Of a stretch of DNA of 64,000 nt, positions 1 to 8,215 are shown piece by piece. Location: IMG/VR virus record IMGVR_UViG_3300045988_176106, one strand, 5' to 3'. A model generated the notes under the pieces. It worked only from the letters and a program-made list of their open reading frames with translations, made no database searches and was not told the origin of the DNA. The position numbers and the translations under genes were made by a program. The number at the start of each line of letters is the position of its first letter. Within the stretch, counting starts at the first letter, position 1. This stretch comes from a virus.

Positions 1-288
1 AGACATATCTTTTTCAAATAACTTACCTTCAATCATTTTTACTCTATCATTAATAGAAACAGTTTCAGATACAGCCTCAATATTATTTCTATGAGAAATA
101 GCTCTATCTATATTTGCCTCTTCTTTAGCTTTTCTAATAGCAGCCAAATGAGAAGAAACGGTTCCATTTGATATATCTAATGCTTTTGCAGCAGGCAATT
201 GTCCGCCATATTGATCAATAGCGTCCAATATAAATTTTTGTCTATCCGTATAAGCATACGGTCTTAACTCTTGAGTGTTTATTGCCAT
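1..288 (-). CDS. Partial CDS (C-terminus outside window): helix-turn-helix DNA-binding protein
   Basis: Hand translation from ATG at 288-286: MAINTQELRPYAYTDRQKFILDAIDQYGGQLPAAKALDISNGTVSSHLAAIRKAKEE..., open to the window edge. AKALDISNGTVSSHLAAIRK resembles a LuxR/sigma-region-4 type HTH. Confidence 0.5.
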   Translation of the reverse strand, partial: MAINTQELRPYAYTDRQKFILDAIDQYGGQLPAAKALDISNGTVSSHLAAIRKAKEEANIDRAISHRNNIEAVSETVSINDRVKMIEGKLFEKDMS

Positions 289-330
289 CTTATTATTATT
301 CTTATTAAAATATTAATTACAAACATAAAA

Positions 331-360
331 AAGCACTAAGGTACAAATACCTTAGTGCTT
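331..360 (-). terminator. Intrinsic-terminator-like hairpin downstream of rnhA
   Basis: 13-bp perfect stem AAGCACTAAGGTA/TACCTTAGTGCTT with loop CAAA. A T-run follows on the minus strand. Confidence 0.6.
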
Positions 361-480
361 ATACTACATTGTTTTGTTTTACAAAAACAATTTAATTTTT
401 CTTTCAAGCATATACCAATTGCTTCTTCTACGTTGGCATTGGTACTTATTTATTCTTCGGCGCATACTAACTCCATAAAG

Positions 481-921
481 TTAACATCTTATTGATTCAG
501 CAGCATTACTAGCTAAAGTATCAACAATTTCATTTTCAACATGTCCAGAATGTCCTTTTACCCATTCCCATGACACATTAAATTTTTGAACTAAAGCATC
601 GAGTTGTTGCCACAAGTCAACATTTTTAACAGGCTTTTTATTGGAACTTTTCCATCCATTTTTTTTCCAATTATGTATCCACTCTTCCATTCCATTTTTA
701 ACATATTGGGAATCGGTAGAAATGATTACATTACAAAATTGGTTAAGCTTAGATAAGCCATTAATAACCGCCATAAGTTCCATACGATTATTTGTAGTGT
801 CTTTTTCGGAACCAGAATCCTGAATAGAATTTTCACCACATTTCAAAAGATATCCCCATCCTCCAGGACCAGGATTACCTTTGCATGCTCCATCTGTGTA
901 TAAATATACAGTACAAGACAT
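481..921 (-). CDS. rnhA: Ribonuclease HI
   Basis: 146 aa. YTDGACKGNPGPGGWG, NNRMEL, STDSQYV, WKKNGWK, VKGHSGHVENEIVDTLA match the RNase HI DEDD catalytic blocks. Confidence 0.9.
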   Translation of the reverse strand: MSCTVYLYTDGACKGNPGPGGWGYLLKCGENSIQDSGSEKDTTNNRMELMAVINGLSKLNQFCNVIISTDSQYVKNGMEEWIHNWKKNGWKSSNKKPVKNVDLWQQLDALVQKFNVSWEWVKGHSGHVENEIVDTLASNAAESIRC

Positions 922-933
922 TTTAAATCTCCT

Positions 934-1461
934 TTATTGGATAAAATATGATAAATACATAAGAAACATATCTTGAAATGTCATTTCATTCAACATATTA
1001 ATTATACTAGAAATATCTTCATATTCATATTCGTAATATTTAACTTTTCTTTCAATAGGTATATTATCGTTAAGTGAATTTTCACCTCTAATAAAAAGTT
1101 CAAAAAATTTTTTATTAGAATAATATAATTTAGGATAATTATATGATTTAATTGAAACAATAGTTTCATTATGCTTAAGTTTAATATCTAGTTTACCACG
1201 AATCGAATCAAGTTGTTCTTTTATCTTTATTTTAACAATATCATTATCATAAAAATGCTCTATATTAAAAACTTTTTCATTCGTATTAATAGTTAAGCAA
1301 AAATTTAAAAGATTTGAAAATTTATGAGACATATCCTCACAATCTAAAAGTAAACACTCTTTAATGTTTACAATACAGTCTGATGGATATGAGAATATCA
1401 TTCTATCGTCTTTGTATATAGCAAAATATTCATTCTTTTTAAGTCTTACATGATAACTCAT
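934..1461 (-). CDS. Hypothetical protein, paralog 1 of a 4-gene tandem family
   Basis: 175 aa. Shares N-terminal K-x-x-YF-x-I...I-x-x-YP and central S-x-N-x-P...F/Y-hydrophobic-RG motifs with the next three ORFs. Confidence 0.8.
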   Translation of the reverse strand: MSYHVRLKKNEYFAIYKDDRMIFSYPSDCIVNIKECLLLDCEDMSHKFSNLLNFCLTINTNEKVFNIEHFYDNDIVKIKIKEQLDSIRGKLDIKLKHNETIVSIKSYNYPKLYYSNKKFFELFIRGENSLNDNIPIERKVKYYEYEYEDISSIINMLNEMTFQDMFLMYLSYFIQ

Positions 1462-2027
1462 TTATAAATTCTTTTACATACTGTTAAAAAAATAAATTCA
1501 GGAAAAGAATATTTGTTCATTAATTCAATAATCCTAAAAGTTTCAAGAGCTAATAATATAGTTCTAGGTGATGAAAATTCACACGTAGACTTATATTTAC
1601 TACCAACATCATGCGATCCTTTTAAAAATATAAAACCAGGTCTTATATCAAAATACATTCTAGAAGCAACCACAATCTTTTCACCAGGATTAGAATAAGA
1701 AGGAAGTGTCATATAAAATTTATTTAAAAGAGGATCCTGCTCAATAATTTCAACTTCAATAATATTTTCTAGAGTAAATGAATTCTTTTTTGAATGACTA
1801 TATTTTGAAATCAAGGTCTTCTTATTATTATCCCAAGATAAAATAGCCTTAATTAAATTTTGATATTCGTATCGTTCAGCATAATAACAAAAGCTAGGTT
1901 TAAAATTACTAGAACTTTTTATATCATATTCTGTTAAAACATAATCATTTGGATATATATAAATAATATCAAGACCTCTAGTTATAAAAAAGAATTTATC
2001 TTGTTTATAATACATTTCATAATGCAT
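1458..2027 (-). CDS. Hypothetical protein, paralog 2
   Basis: 189 aa. 4-nt overlap with the downstream gene. Same family motifs (KFFFITRGLDIIYIYPNDY; PSYSNPGEK...FLKGSHD). Confidence 0.8.
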   Translation of the reverse strand: MHYEMYYKQDKFFFITRGLDIIYIYPNDYVLTEYDIKSSSNFKPSFCYYAERYEYQNLIKAILSWDNNKKTLISKYSHSKKNSFTLENIIEVEIIEQDPLLNKFYMTLPSYSNPGEKIVVASRMYFDIRPGFIFLKGSHDVGSKYKSTCEFSSPRTILLALETFRIIELMNKYSFPEFIFLTVCKRIYK

Positions 2028-2039
2028 AATTAATCCGAT

Positions 2040-2561
2040 CTAGAAATTAGAATATTTATCACTTAGTGAATCCAAAAATATTTGTTGAATACTATTATTA
2101 TTTAAATCCTCAATTATTTTAAAGATAATACTTGCATTAATATAATTTGTAGATTTTGATATACTAGCGTAATCTCTAGATTCATCACTGCCACGAAGAT
2201 ATATTGAAGTAGTAACAATATCTGGACATGATACACTTTGAATAGAAAATGGAGAACGTTTATTTCCAGTATTAATAGGAATCCAAAAGTTACCTCTTAT
2301 TAAAGGATTTTGACTTAAAATTCTAAAATATACAGTATTGTCATTTATTGAATGATAAGACTTTATAATAGGTTCCTTATCAGTAATATTTAAAAGACTT
2401 TTACAAACATATTGTACATCCCATTCAAATGCCAAGCTAGCACACCATCTATTACTTTTATCCATCTCTTCAAGTGGAAAATTTTCAGGATATTTATAAA
2501 TTATTCGACCATTATTTGTAATTAAAAAATATTTATTCTTTTCAAAAAATATATCAAACAT
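2040..2561 (-). CDS. Hypothetical protein, paralog 3
   Basis: 173 aa. KYFLITNNGRIIYKYPENF; QSVSCPDIVTTSIYLRGSDES. Confidence 0.8.
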   Translation of the reverse strand: MFDIFFEKNKYFLITNNGRIIYKYPENFPLEEMDKSNRWCASLAFEWDVQYVCKSLLNITDKEPIIKSYHSINDNTVYFRILSQNPLIRGNFWIPINTGNKRSPFSIQSVSCPDIVTTSIYLRGSDESRDYASISKSTNYINASIIFKIIEDLNNNSIQQIFLDSLSDKYSNF

Positions 2562-2567
2562 ACATTA

Positions 2568-3095
2568 CTATCTATAAAAATTAAATTGCAATTCGTTGAA
2601 TATTACTTCGCTAAGAGGCGTGTTGTTAAGATAATCGATTGTCATAACAAATCTGTCATAGTCTTCAGTTTTAATATAAACATCTTTATCAGATTTCTTA
2701 TTTAAATCCGTCCCTAACACAAAAAATGTATTTTCACTAGGTCTGATTTCAGGACAATTAACCGAACGTATCTCAAAACAATCCTTTTTTAATTTCATTA
2801 TAAATGTTGAACTTTGACCATTGGCTTTGATAAAATTTTTATCCTGATAATTAATAAAAGCAGAAATCCTTTTATGATATAAACCATCTTCAAGAATATT
2901 AATTTTTATATCAAACATTGGAGAATTGAGATCTGAAAATAATAACATATTATAAATATGTAAAAATTCAAAATTACATAATTTATATCTTTTAGTATTT
3001 TCATTTTTCTCTTTTTTGAATTTAGAATAAACAATTTTACCATTTACTTTAAATTCAAATTCGCAATCTTTATAAATAATTATTTCTTTTTGCAT
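2568..3095 (-). CDS. Hypothetical protein, paralog 4 (most divergent)
   Basis: 175 aa. RSVNCPEIRPSENTFFVLGTDLN aligns with the family core. Confidence 0.75.
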   Translation of the reverse strand: MQKEIIIYKDCEFEFKVNGKIVYSKFKKEKNENTKRYKLCNFEFLHIYNMLLFSDLNSPMFDIKINILEDGLYHKRISAFINYQDKNFIKANGQSSTFIMKLKKDCFEIRSVNCPEIRPSENTFFVLGTDLNKKSDKDVYIKTEDYDRFVMTIDYLNNTPLSEVIFNELQFNFYR

Positions 3096-3117
3096 TATAA
3101 TACCTTTAAAATAAAAG

Positions 3118-3142
3118 AAGGGCCAGTAAATATCTGACCCTT
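3118..3142 (-). terminator. Terminator-like hairpin after 3147..3539
   Basis: Minus-strand RNA GGGUCAG-AUAUUUA-CUGGCCC (one G-U pair, a C-A mismatch on the other strand), then a U-rich run. Confidence 0.55.
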
Positions 3143-3146
3143 TTAA

Positions 3147-3539
3147 TTAATCTTTAAAATGAATTTTGCAACACAGTTTGTCATATTTACTTTTAATAGG
3201 GCTCATTTTACTTACTAACCCTTTATAAAACTCTGATTTACCAATTTCATTTTTACCTTTTTCAAGGAAATAAAAGAATATAAATGCTACGGTAATTAAA
3301 AAGAGTACCAAAATAACCATTGATGAAAGAACTGAAAAGAATTTCAGGAAGTATAAAAATCCAGAAACATCAATTGATTTGTAATAAGAGAACAAAAATG
3401 TTCCAAGAGTCCCTGCAATAAAAACAAGGATTCCTAATATACCTAAAAATAATTGACGTACAAATATACAAAAGTTTTCACTAGGATTTGTATATAAATT
3501 TACAAATCGATAAATTAAATTTTTACGACTAAGTTCCAT
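3147..3539 (-). CDS. Membrane protein (about 3 TM segments)
   Basis: 130 aa. Long hydrophobic stretches LFLGILGILVFIAGTLGTFLF and VLSSMVILVLFLITVAFIFFYF. Confidence 0.75.
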   Translation of the reverse strand: MELSRKNLIYRFVNLYTNPSENFCIFVRQLFLGILGILVFIAGTLGTFLFSYYKSIDVSGFLYFLKFFSVLSSMVILVLFLITVAFIFFYFLEKGKNEIGKSEFYKGLVSKMSPIKSKYDKLCCKIHFKD

Positions 3540-3563
3540 ACCAAACCTTTCTAAATAAAAAAT

Positions 3564-3806
3564 TTACATGCCTAAATTTACAGGCATATATTTTAAAAAT
3601 GGCAATCTAGATTCCTGAAAGTTTTTTAAACATTCTGAACAAATAAATTTTTTGCCTTGGCGATGAAAAGGTAAATCATACAAAGTTTTAACCTTATTAC
3701 ATCTACAACATGTACCCTTTTCTGAATTAAATTCAGTATCTGTTATAATCTGTAAAGGCTTTTCGCCTGTAGCAACGAGACCTAAATTATTAAAAACTTT
3801 AGACAT
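3564..3806 (-). CDS. Small zinc-ribbon protein
   Basis: Start re-called at ATG 3806 (MSKVFNNLG...), because the track start 3839 runs into the hairpin. Contains CCRC...(x20)...CSEC. Confidence 0.7.
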   Translation of the reverse strand: MSKVFNNLGLVATGEKPLQIITDTEFNSEKGTCCRCNKVKTLYDLPFHRQGKKFICSECLKNFQESRLPFLKYMPVNLGM

Positions 3807-3829
3807 ATGTTCCCTTAATAAAAATAAAA

Positions 3830-3853
3830 AGAGAGACACTTTCGTGCCTCTCT
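3830..3853 (-). terminator. Stem-loop of the conserved GGCAC-loop-GUGUC family (variant outer stem)
   Basis: Plus strand AGAGAGACAC-tttc-GTGCCTCTCT preceded by an A-run. On minus RNA it is a 10-bp stem with one G-U and a GAAA loop, then a U-run. Lies directly after the stop of 3864..7250. Confidence 0.65.
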
Positions 3854-3863
3854 TTCTTATGCC

Positions 3864-6800
3864 TTAAAAACCAATTGCATCAAATGTATCCATAACTTCT
3901 GACATACTATTTTCTGCATTTTCGCCTAAAGGTATTAGACCTTGACTTTGACCATAAATGGTAAAAATTGGGGAAAGCATACCACCAAAGAATGTATAAT
4001 CCACAATATGTTTAAACCACATTTGGATATCTGCATCACTTAAGTCAACTAAGGCACCTTTATTGTGCATACGTAAAAACTTATTGCACATTTCAAGGGC
4101 ATTGGTGTTAACTGCCCAATTTACAATACGACAAATAGAAACGGCAACTTCTCTTGAATAACCTAAGTCATTCTCGATACTTTCAATTACCTTTTTAACA
4201 CTCTTGTCGTCTTTTGTCATGTTTTTAAGATAGAAGACAGCATGAGAGCTAGCACCACCAGAAACATGTTTAATCGCATTAATTACACGATCTTCAAGAA
4301 CCATTGTGTAAATATGATCATAGGTCGACAAGTCTTCCTCCTTAATGCGAAGTTGAACCTTGCGTTTACGTTCCCACGGCACATAAGATTTAGGATCATT
4401 ATTACATGCCAGCCCATAATATAATTGAACTAACATATAAAATACCCATGCATCATTAGTGCCTGGACCAACTGCATTCTTAGCCATAGCTGATGAACAC
4501 AGAAACTCCATATAGGCATTATCACCAGGATGTTTAGGATAAATTGGAACGTAATACAATTCGTACTTTTTACTCCAATCAACATCTTCAATAGATGAAT
4601 ATTCGGAAAGAAGAAAATCTTCATCCCACTTCTTTTGATCTTCAGTAAAATATTCCAATTCAAATTGAGCCATCATTTCTTGCTGCTCAATTCCTGGGAT
4701 TGTACTAATTTGCAATAAGTCGCCATCGTTATCACTATGGCTACGTTTTACAATTTCAATAGAAACTAAAGCACAATATAAATTACCTTGTACATCCAGA
4801 TAGTCATTGACTGTCATTCCATAATTTTCTTGAAGATAGTCATTGAATTCATCAATTCCCCAAAGTTGGGAAATGATCATCTGTGAACGCCATAAAAATG
4901 GATTACGCAAAGTAAATGCATTTAATGGACGGAACTGGTCAAGCATTGCCTCTTCAGGAGTTTTATCATTTGGCTTGCCATAAATATATTCACGAATACT
5001 CTCAAGAATATTACGATCAAGAATTACGACTTTACCTTCAGGAACATATTTATCATGAACCTGTTTAAGATTTACACCTTTAAGGCTTGGCTGAATAAGG
5101 GATTTAACATAAGTTTGACCACCTAATTCAGTGCGATACAGCATTGATTTAATTGCATTTAAATAGCCACTCCATGCAGAAGGGCGCTTTTGATTACGTT
5201 CATTACGATGCGGGGCAATAGTAAAATACTGACTAGGGCCAGTAATTGCAGCACGAATGATTTTAGACAATTCAATAAGCATAGTTGGATATACGTATTG
5301 ACCATCATTTTGTTTACCGCAGAATTTATTCAAAATCTCTGCAGAAGGCACACGAATACTTGTACCAGAACGTACCTTACTTAAGTCGATATAAAACCCC
5401 TTATTGAATTCAGGATCCAATAATTTACTGCTAGTAGGAATAATAGCAGAACGACTCAAAACTAAGTCTTGTTCATTAAACATTGATTTTAATTCAACCA
5501 ATGTATAAGATGGATAATTGTCAACGTATTCAAATACACGACCTTCGTCTGATAAGATTTTTGCCAATTCTTCAACAATAGCCTTATCAGTTTTATCAAT
5601 ACAATTGTCTAAAATATACTGACCCAATGGAGAGTCTTTTGTCTGACAAATATATTTCAAACAATTAAATGACATGCCTTGACTTTTAATCTTGGCAAAA
5701 TGGCTACCTAATTCAGTATAAGAATACTGAACTAATCCATATTTAACGTTTTCGATTACGATAATTTCATCATCGTAACCATCAATACGCTTAACACGTT
5801 TTTCATATGTAGCAGTTGGCAATGAATCAACAGCAGCATTGATTTCCTCTTCGTTTAAACTATCAAGGTAATCTTTGCCATTATTATAATAGCCATATTT
5901 AAATGCAAAAGCAGCTTGAGCAAGACGAATAGTATTCATTTTGCCTTTAAGACTATTAATGCCGGCTACAATATCCACATCGAGGACTTTATCTTCTTTG
6001 CCGTCTTCGTGAATTTTAATTTTGCCACAACTACGCATAGTCTTAGTAACGCCTTTCAAGCCTGTTTGACTTGTAATGCGGGCATTACCTGCTTTATAAT
6101 AGGCAACATAATCAATACGAGCAGACCCATTATATCCTGATTCTTCAATAGATGTAATCTGAATGTGATCTACCATATCAATGTAAATTGACTCGCCACC
6201 ACGTGAGCCAATTTTAATATATCCACCTTTGCTGTAAATAGTTTCACCAACTTTTACGTCAATTTCGTCAAATTCAGTTTCAATATGACGAGGCGTGAAT
6301 ACAATTTCTTTGCCTACTTTTGGCGATACTTCAATTTCACCGCCAACTAAACGATACGATTCAAGCTCGATATCGTTATAAACCATAACTGCATCAACCA
6401 AAGTATTATCTTTGGTTACTAATTCGCCATCCTTTTCAATTACATCTTGTAAAAAGATAGCTTTAGATGGATTACTTACACCAAATGCATTGCCATTAAG
6501 ATGAGTCTTAAATCGTGCAGGTAAAGCTTGTCCAACTTTAAACAAGCTTGAATAACCTACAAAACCACCATTTTCGTCTCTGAATACTTGGAATCCAGGA
6601 GCTTGAAACTCTTTACCATTTTTAGAAATGATAATTTTATTTGATTCTGCAAGTATAGATTCACTTCCAGGAAGTACATTAAAGTACATCGCAGAAGCTT
6701 TAATGGCGCGATCAGATGGATTAAACAAAATTGGCAAGGCATCACCCATCACTTTGTCGTGATGCAAATATGTTAGAACCTTACTGTACTCATTATAAGG

Positions 6801-7250
6801 AGAAATAATAACAAGTTCAGAAGATTCTTTCAACGCAGCATTATATGCATTACTTGTTACATACAATACATGGTTCTTAACATAATTGATATCTTTACGG
6901 ATCAATTCAGTAAATAACTGATCATATTTAAATAAAGATTCAAGGCGTTCATATAGCATCATAAACATAAGTTCATGATGACTCATCAATTCAATATCAG
7001 AATTTTTATCGATATGCTTGGTTGCAAACAGAAATTCAGGCCAATTCAATTTAGGATCATAAAATGATTTAGGAATCTCAATTGTAGTTGGTTCTGAAAA
7101 TTCGTTTACAATTTCCATTGCAATACGATCTTGCAACAATTTCCAATTAAGTCTTGGATCTTGTGGCAAATTCTTAGAATAAATATCGAAAACTTCCGCA
7201 ACAGTTGCATTACCATCAATAATCGGAATATCTTTCAAACGAATATACAT
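3864..7250 (-). CDS. Single-chain two-barrel (beta-like + beta'-like) DNA-dependent RNA polymerase, copy 1
   Basis: 1128 aa. GNARITSQTGLKGVTK...VLDVDIVAGINSLKGKMNTIRL resembles beta GDKxxGRHGNKGV...VDIVLNPLGVPSRMNIGQ (KG at 6048-6065). RNPFLWRSQMI...SHSDNDGDLL resembles beta' RxPxLH...NADFDGD (DNDGD = 4719-4733). Confidence 0.8.
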   Translation of the reverse strand: MYIRLKDIPIIDGNATVAEVFDIYSKNLPQDPRLNWKLLQDRIAMEIVNEFSEPTTIEIPKSFYDPKLNWPEFLFATKHIDKNSDIELMSHHELMFMMLYERLESLFKYDQLFTELIRKDINYVKNHVLYVTSNAYNAALKESSELVIISPYNEYSKVLTYLHHDKVMGDALPILFNPSDRAIKASAMYFNVLPGSESILAESNKIIISKNGKEFQAPGFQVFRDENGGFVGYSSLFKVGQALPARFKTHLNGNAFGVSNPSKAIFLQDVIEKDGELVTKDNTLVDAVMVYNDIELESYRLVGGEIEVSPKVGKEIVFTPRHIETEFDEIDVKVGETIYSKGGYIKIGSRGGESIYIDMVDHIQITSIEESGYNGSARIDYVAYYKAGNARITSQTGLKGVTKTMRSCGKIKIHEDGKEDKVLDVDIVAGINSLKGKMNTIRLAQAAFAFKYGYYNNGKDYLDSLNEEEINAAVDSLPTATYEKRVKRIDGYDDEIIVIENVKYGLVQYSYTELGSHFAKIKSQGMSFNCLKYICQTKDSPLGQYILDNCIDKTDKAIVEELAKILSDEGRVFEYVDNYPSYTLVELKSMFNEQDLVLSRSAIIPTSSKLLDPEFNKGFYIDLSKVRSGTSIRVPSAEILNKFCGKQNDGQYVYPTMLIELSKIIRAAITGPSQYFTIAPHRNERNQKRPSAWSGYLNAIKSMLYRTELGGQTYVKSLIQPSLKGVNLKQVHDKYVPEGKVVILDRNILESIREYIYGKPNDKTPEEAMLDQFRPLNAFTLRNPFLWRSQMIISQLWGIDEFNDYLQENYGMTVNDYLDVQGNLYCALVSIEIVKRSHSDNDGDLLQISTIPGIEQQEMMAQFELEYFTEDQKKWDEDFLLSEYSSIEDVDWSKKYELYYVPIYPKHPGDNAYMEFLCSSAMAKNAVGPGTNDAWVFYMLVQLYYGLACNNDPKSYVPWERKRKVQLRIKEEDLSTYDHIYTMVLEDRVINAIKHVSGGASSHAVFYLKNMTKDDKSVKKVIESIENDLGYSREVAVSICRIVNWAVNTNALEMCNKFLRMHNKGALVDLSDADIQMWFKHIVDYTFFGGMLSPIFTIYGQSQGLIPLGENAENSMSEVMDTFDAIGF

Positions 7251-7289
7251 CTTTTGTCCTTTCTGAGAACATTGTTACAAAAACAAAAA

Positions 7290-7313
7290 AGCCTAACACA
7301 TAAGTGCTAGGCT
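7290..7313 (-). terminator. Stem-loop related to the conserved family
   Basis: Plus strand AGCCTAACAC-ataa-GTGCTAGGCT after an A-run. Minus RNA has one G-U next to the CAC/GUG closing pairs. Lies after the stop of 7321..7752. Confidence 0.6.
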
Positions 7314-7320
7314 ACTAATA

Positions 7321-7752
7321 TTATCCATATAGGAAATGTCTTCCACGTTTCCCTTTAAATTTTACTTTATTGGATGGACGTGATCCATTAGAATTAAAAT
7401 AAAGACTTCCACTAGTAGAGTCTTGCCAATCACCTAAACGATATTTGGCATATTCAGATTCAACTTGTTCTGAAATCTTTTTATACAACCCTTGGTCTTT
7501 TTTACCTCCGGCCATTTTAGCCGTGGAGTATTGACCCTTTTTAATAAAATTAGCACAAACTCCATCAGGGAATTCATTACTTTTCATCCTATTAAACATT
7601 ACATCAGTAACAACTTTTATACCATGAGCACCTTCACCACGTGCCTCATAATAAGCCATTTCTGATAAACATTTAATTTCTTTAGCAAAACTTATAGATG
7701 GCATTGCTAATACCAATGCCAATATTTTCTTTCTCAAACTTAAATCCTCCAT
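7321..7752 (-). CDS. Cell-wall hydrolase, SleB/Hydrolase_2-like (candidate endolysin) with N-terminal signal sequence
   Basis: 143 aa. AYYEARGEGAHGIKVVTDVMFNRMKSNEFPDGVC...GQYS...GSLYFNS...GRHFLYG follows the SleB C-terminal domain pattern. N-terminus KKILALVLAMPSISFA. Confidence 0.8.
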   Translation of the reverse strand: MEDLSLRKKILALVLAMPSISFAKEIKCLSEMAYYEARGEGAHGIKVVTDVMFNRMKSNEFPDGVCANFIKKGQYSTAKMAGGKKDQGLYKKISEQVESEYAKYRLGDWQDSTSGSLYFNSNGSRPSNKVKFKGKRGRHFLYG

Positions 7753-7834
7753 TTATTATTAAAAAAGAATTTGTTCTTCCTATTAAAAATAGGCATCATA
7801 TGATAATACCATATGGAGGCAGAACATCATACCC

Positions 7835-8026
7835 CTAGGAGTCTAGTTGGAGAGATGGCACTAATAAAACTTTTTCAGAAAACATGCAATTAATATAATT
7901 AGCACATTTTCCACAACACGTAGTTGCACCTGTGTCAATAATCAAATCATCAACACTTTTATTCTTATCAATATAATCATTATTGATAGTGCTGGTGCTA
8001 ACATTATTACAAACACATACAACCAT
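7835..8026 (-). CDS. Bfd-like [2Fe-2S]-binding domain protein
   Basis: 63 aa. VCVCNNVS...(x28)...CCGKC matches the C-x-C...C-x-x-C pattern of bacterioferritin-associated ferredoxin. Confidence 0.65.
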   Translation of the reverse strand: MVVCVCNNVSTSTINNDYIDKNKSVDDLIIDTGATTCCGKCANYINCMFSEKVLLVPSLQLDS

Positions 8027-8100
8027 TATTATACCTCGATAAAGAATTTATATAAAATGCCATATCAATAGCATCTTGTATAAATAAATTAAATGGAGAA

Positions 8101-8132
8101 TGCGCCGGCGATCACATAAAGTGCGCCGACGC
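8101..8132 (-). terminator. GC-rich hairpin closing the RNA-gene cluster
   Basis: Minus RNA GUCGGCGCAC-UUUAU-GUG(AU)CGCCGGC, i.e. a CAC/GUG closing like the family, with a 2-nt bulge. Confidence 0.5.
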
Positions 8133-8139
8133 TATTCAG

Positions 8140-8212
8140 AGACAAACATAGGACTTGAACCTATATCATGGGTTTATATAACCCTATATGTTACCAATTA
8201 CAACAGTTTGCC
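8140..8212 (-). tRNA. tRNA-like gene with irregular anticodon arm (anticodon UAU/Ile if the loop is read UAUAUAA)
   Basis: Minus strand GGCAAAC-UG-UUGU-AAUUGGUA-ACAU...AUAGG-UUCAAGU-CCUAU-GUUUGUC-U. It has a 7-bp acceptor stem, a D-loop with GG, a canonical T-arm and a total of 72+1 nt. The anticodon stem needs a register shift (AGGGU/ACCCA with an A-A mismatch) and lacks U33. No CCA is encoded. Confidence 0.5.
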
Positions 8213-8215
8213 TAA

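Noticed and set aside
379-465. 28-aa basic ORF (MRRRINKYQCQRRRSNWYMLERKIKLFL) with GGAG 6 nt upstream, between rnhA and its terminator
   Set aside because: It is too short to support from sequence alone, and the Shine-Dalgarno-like GGAG may be fortuitous. It is worth a look in ribosome-profiling data.
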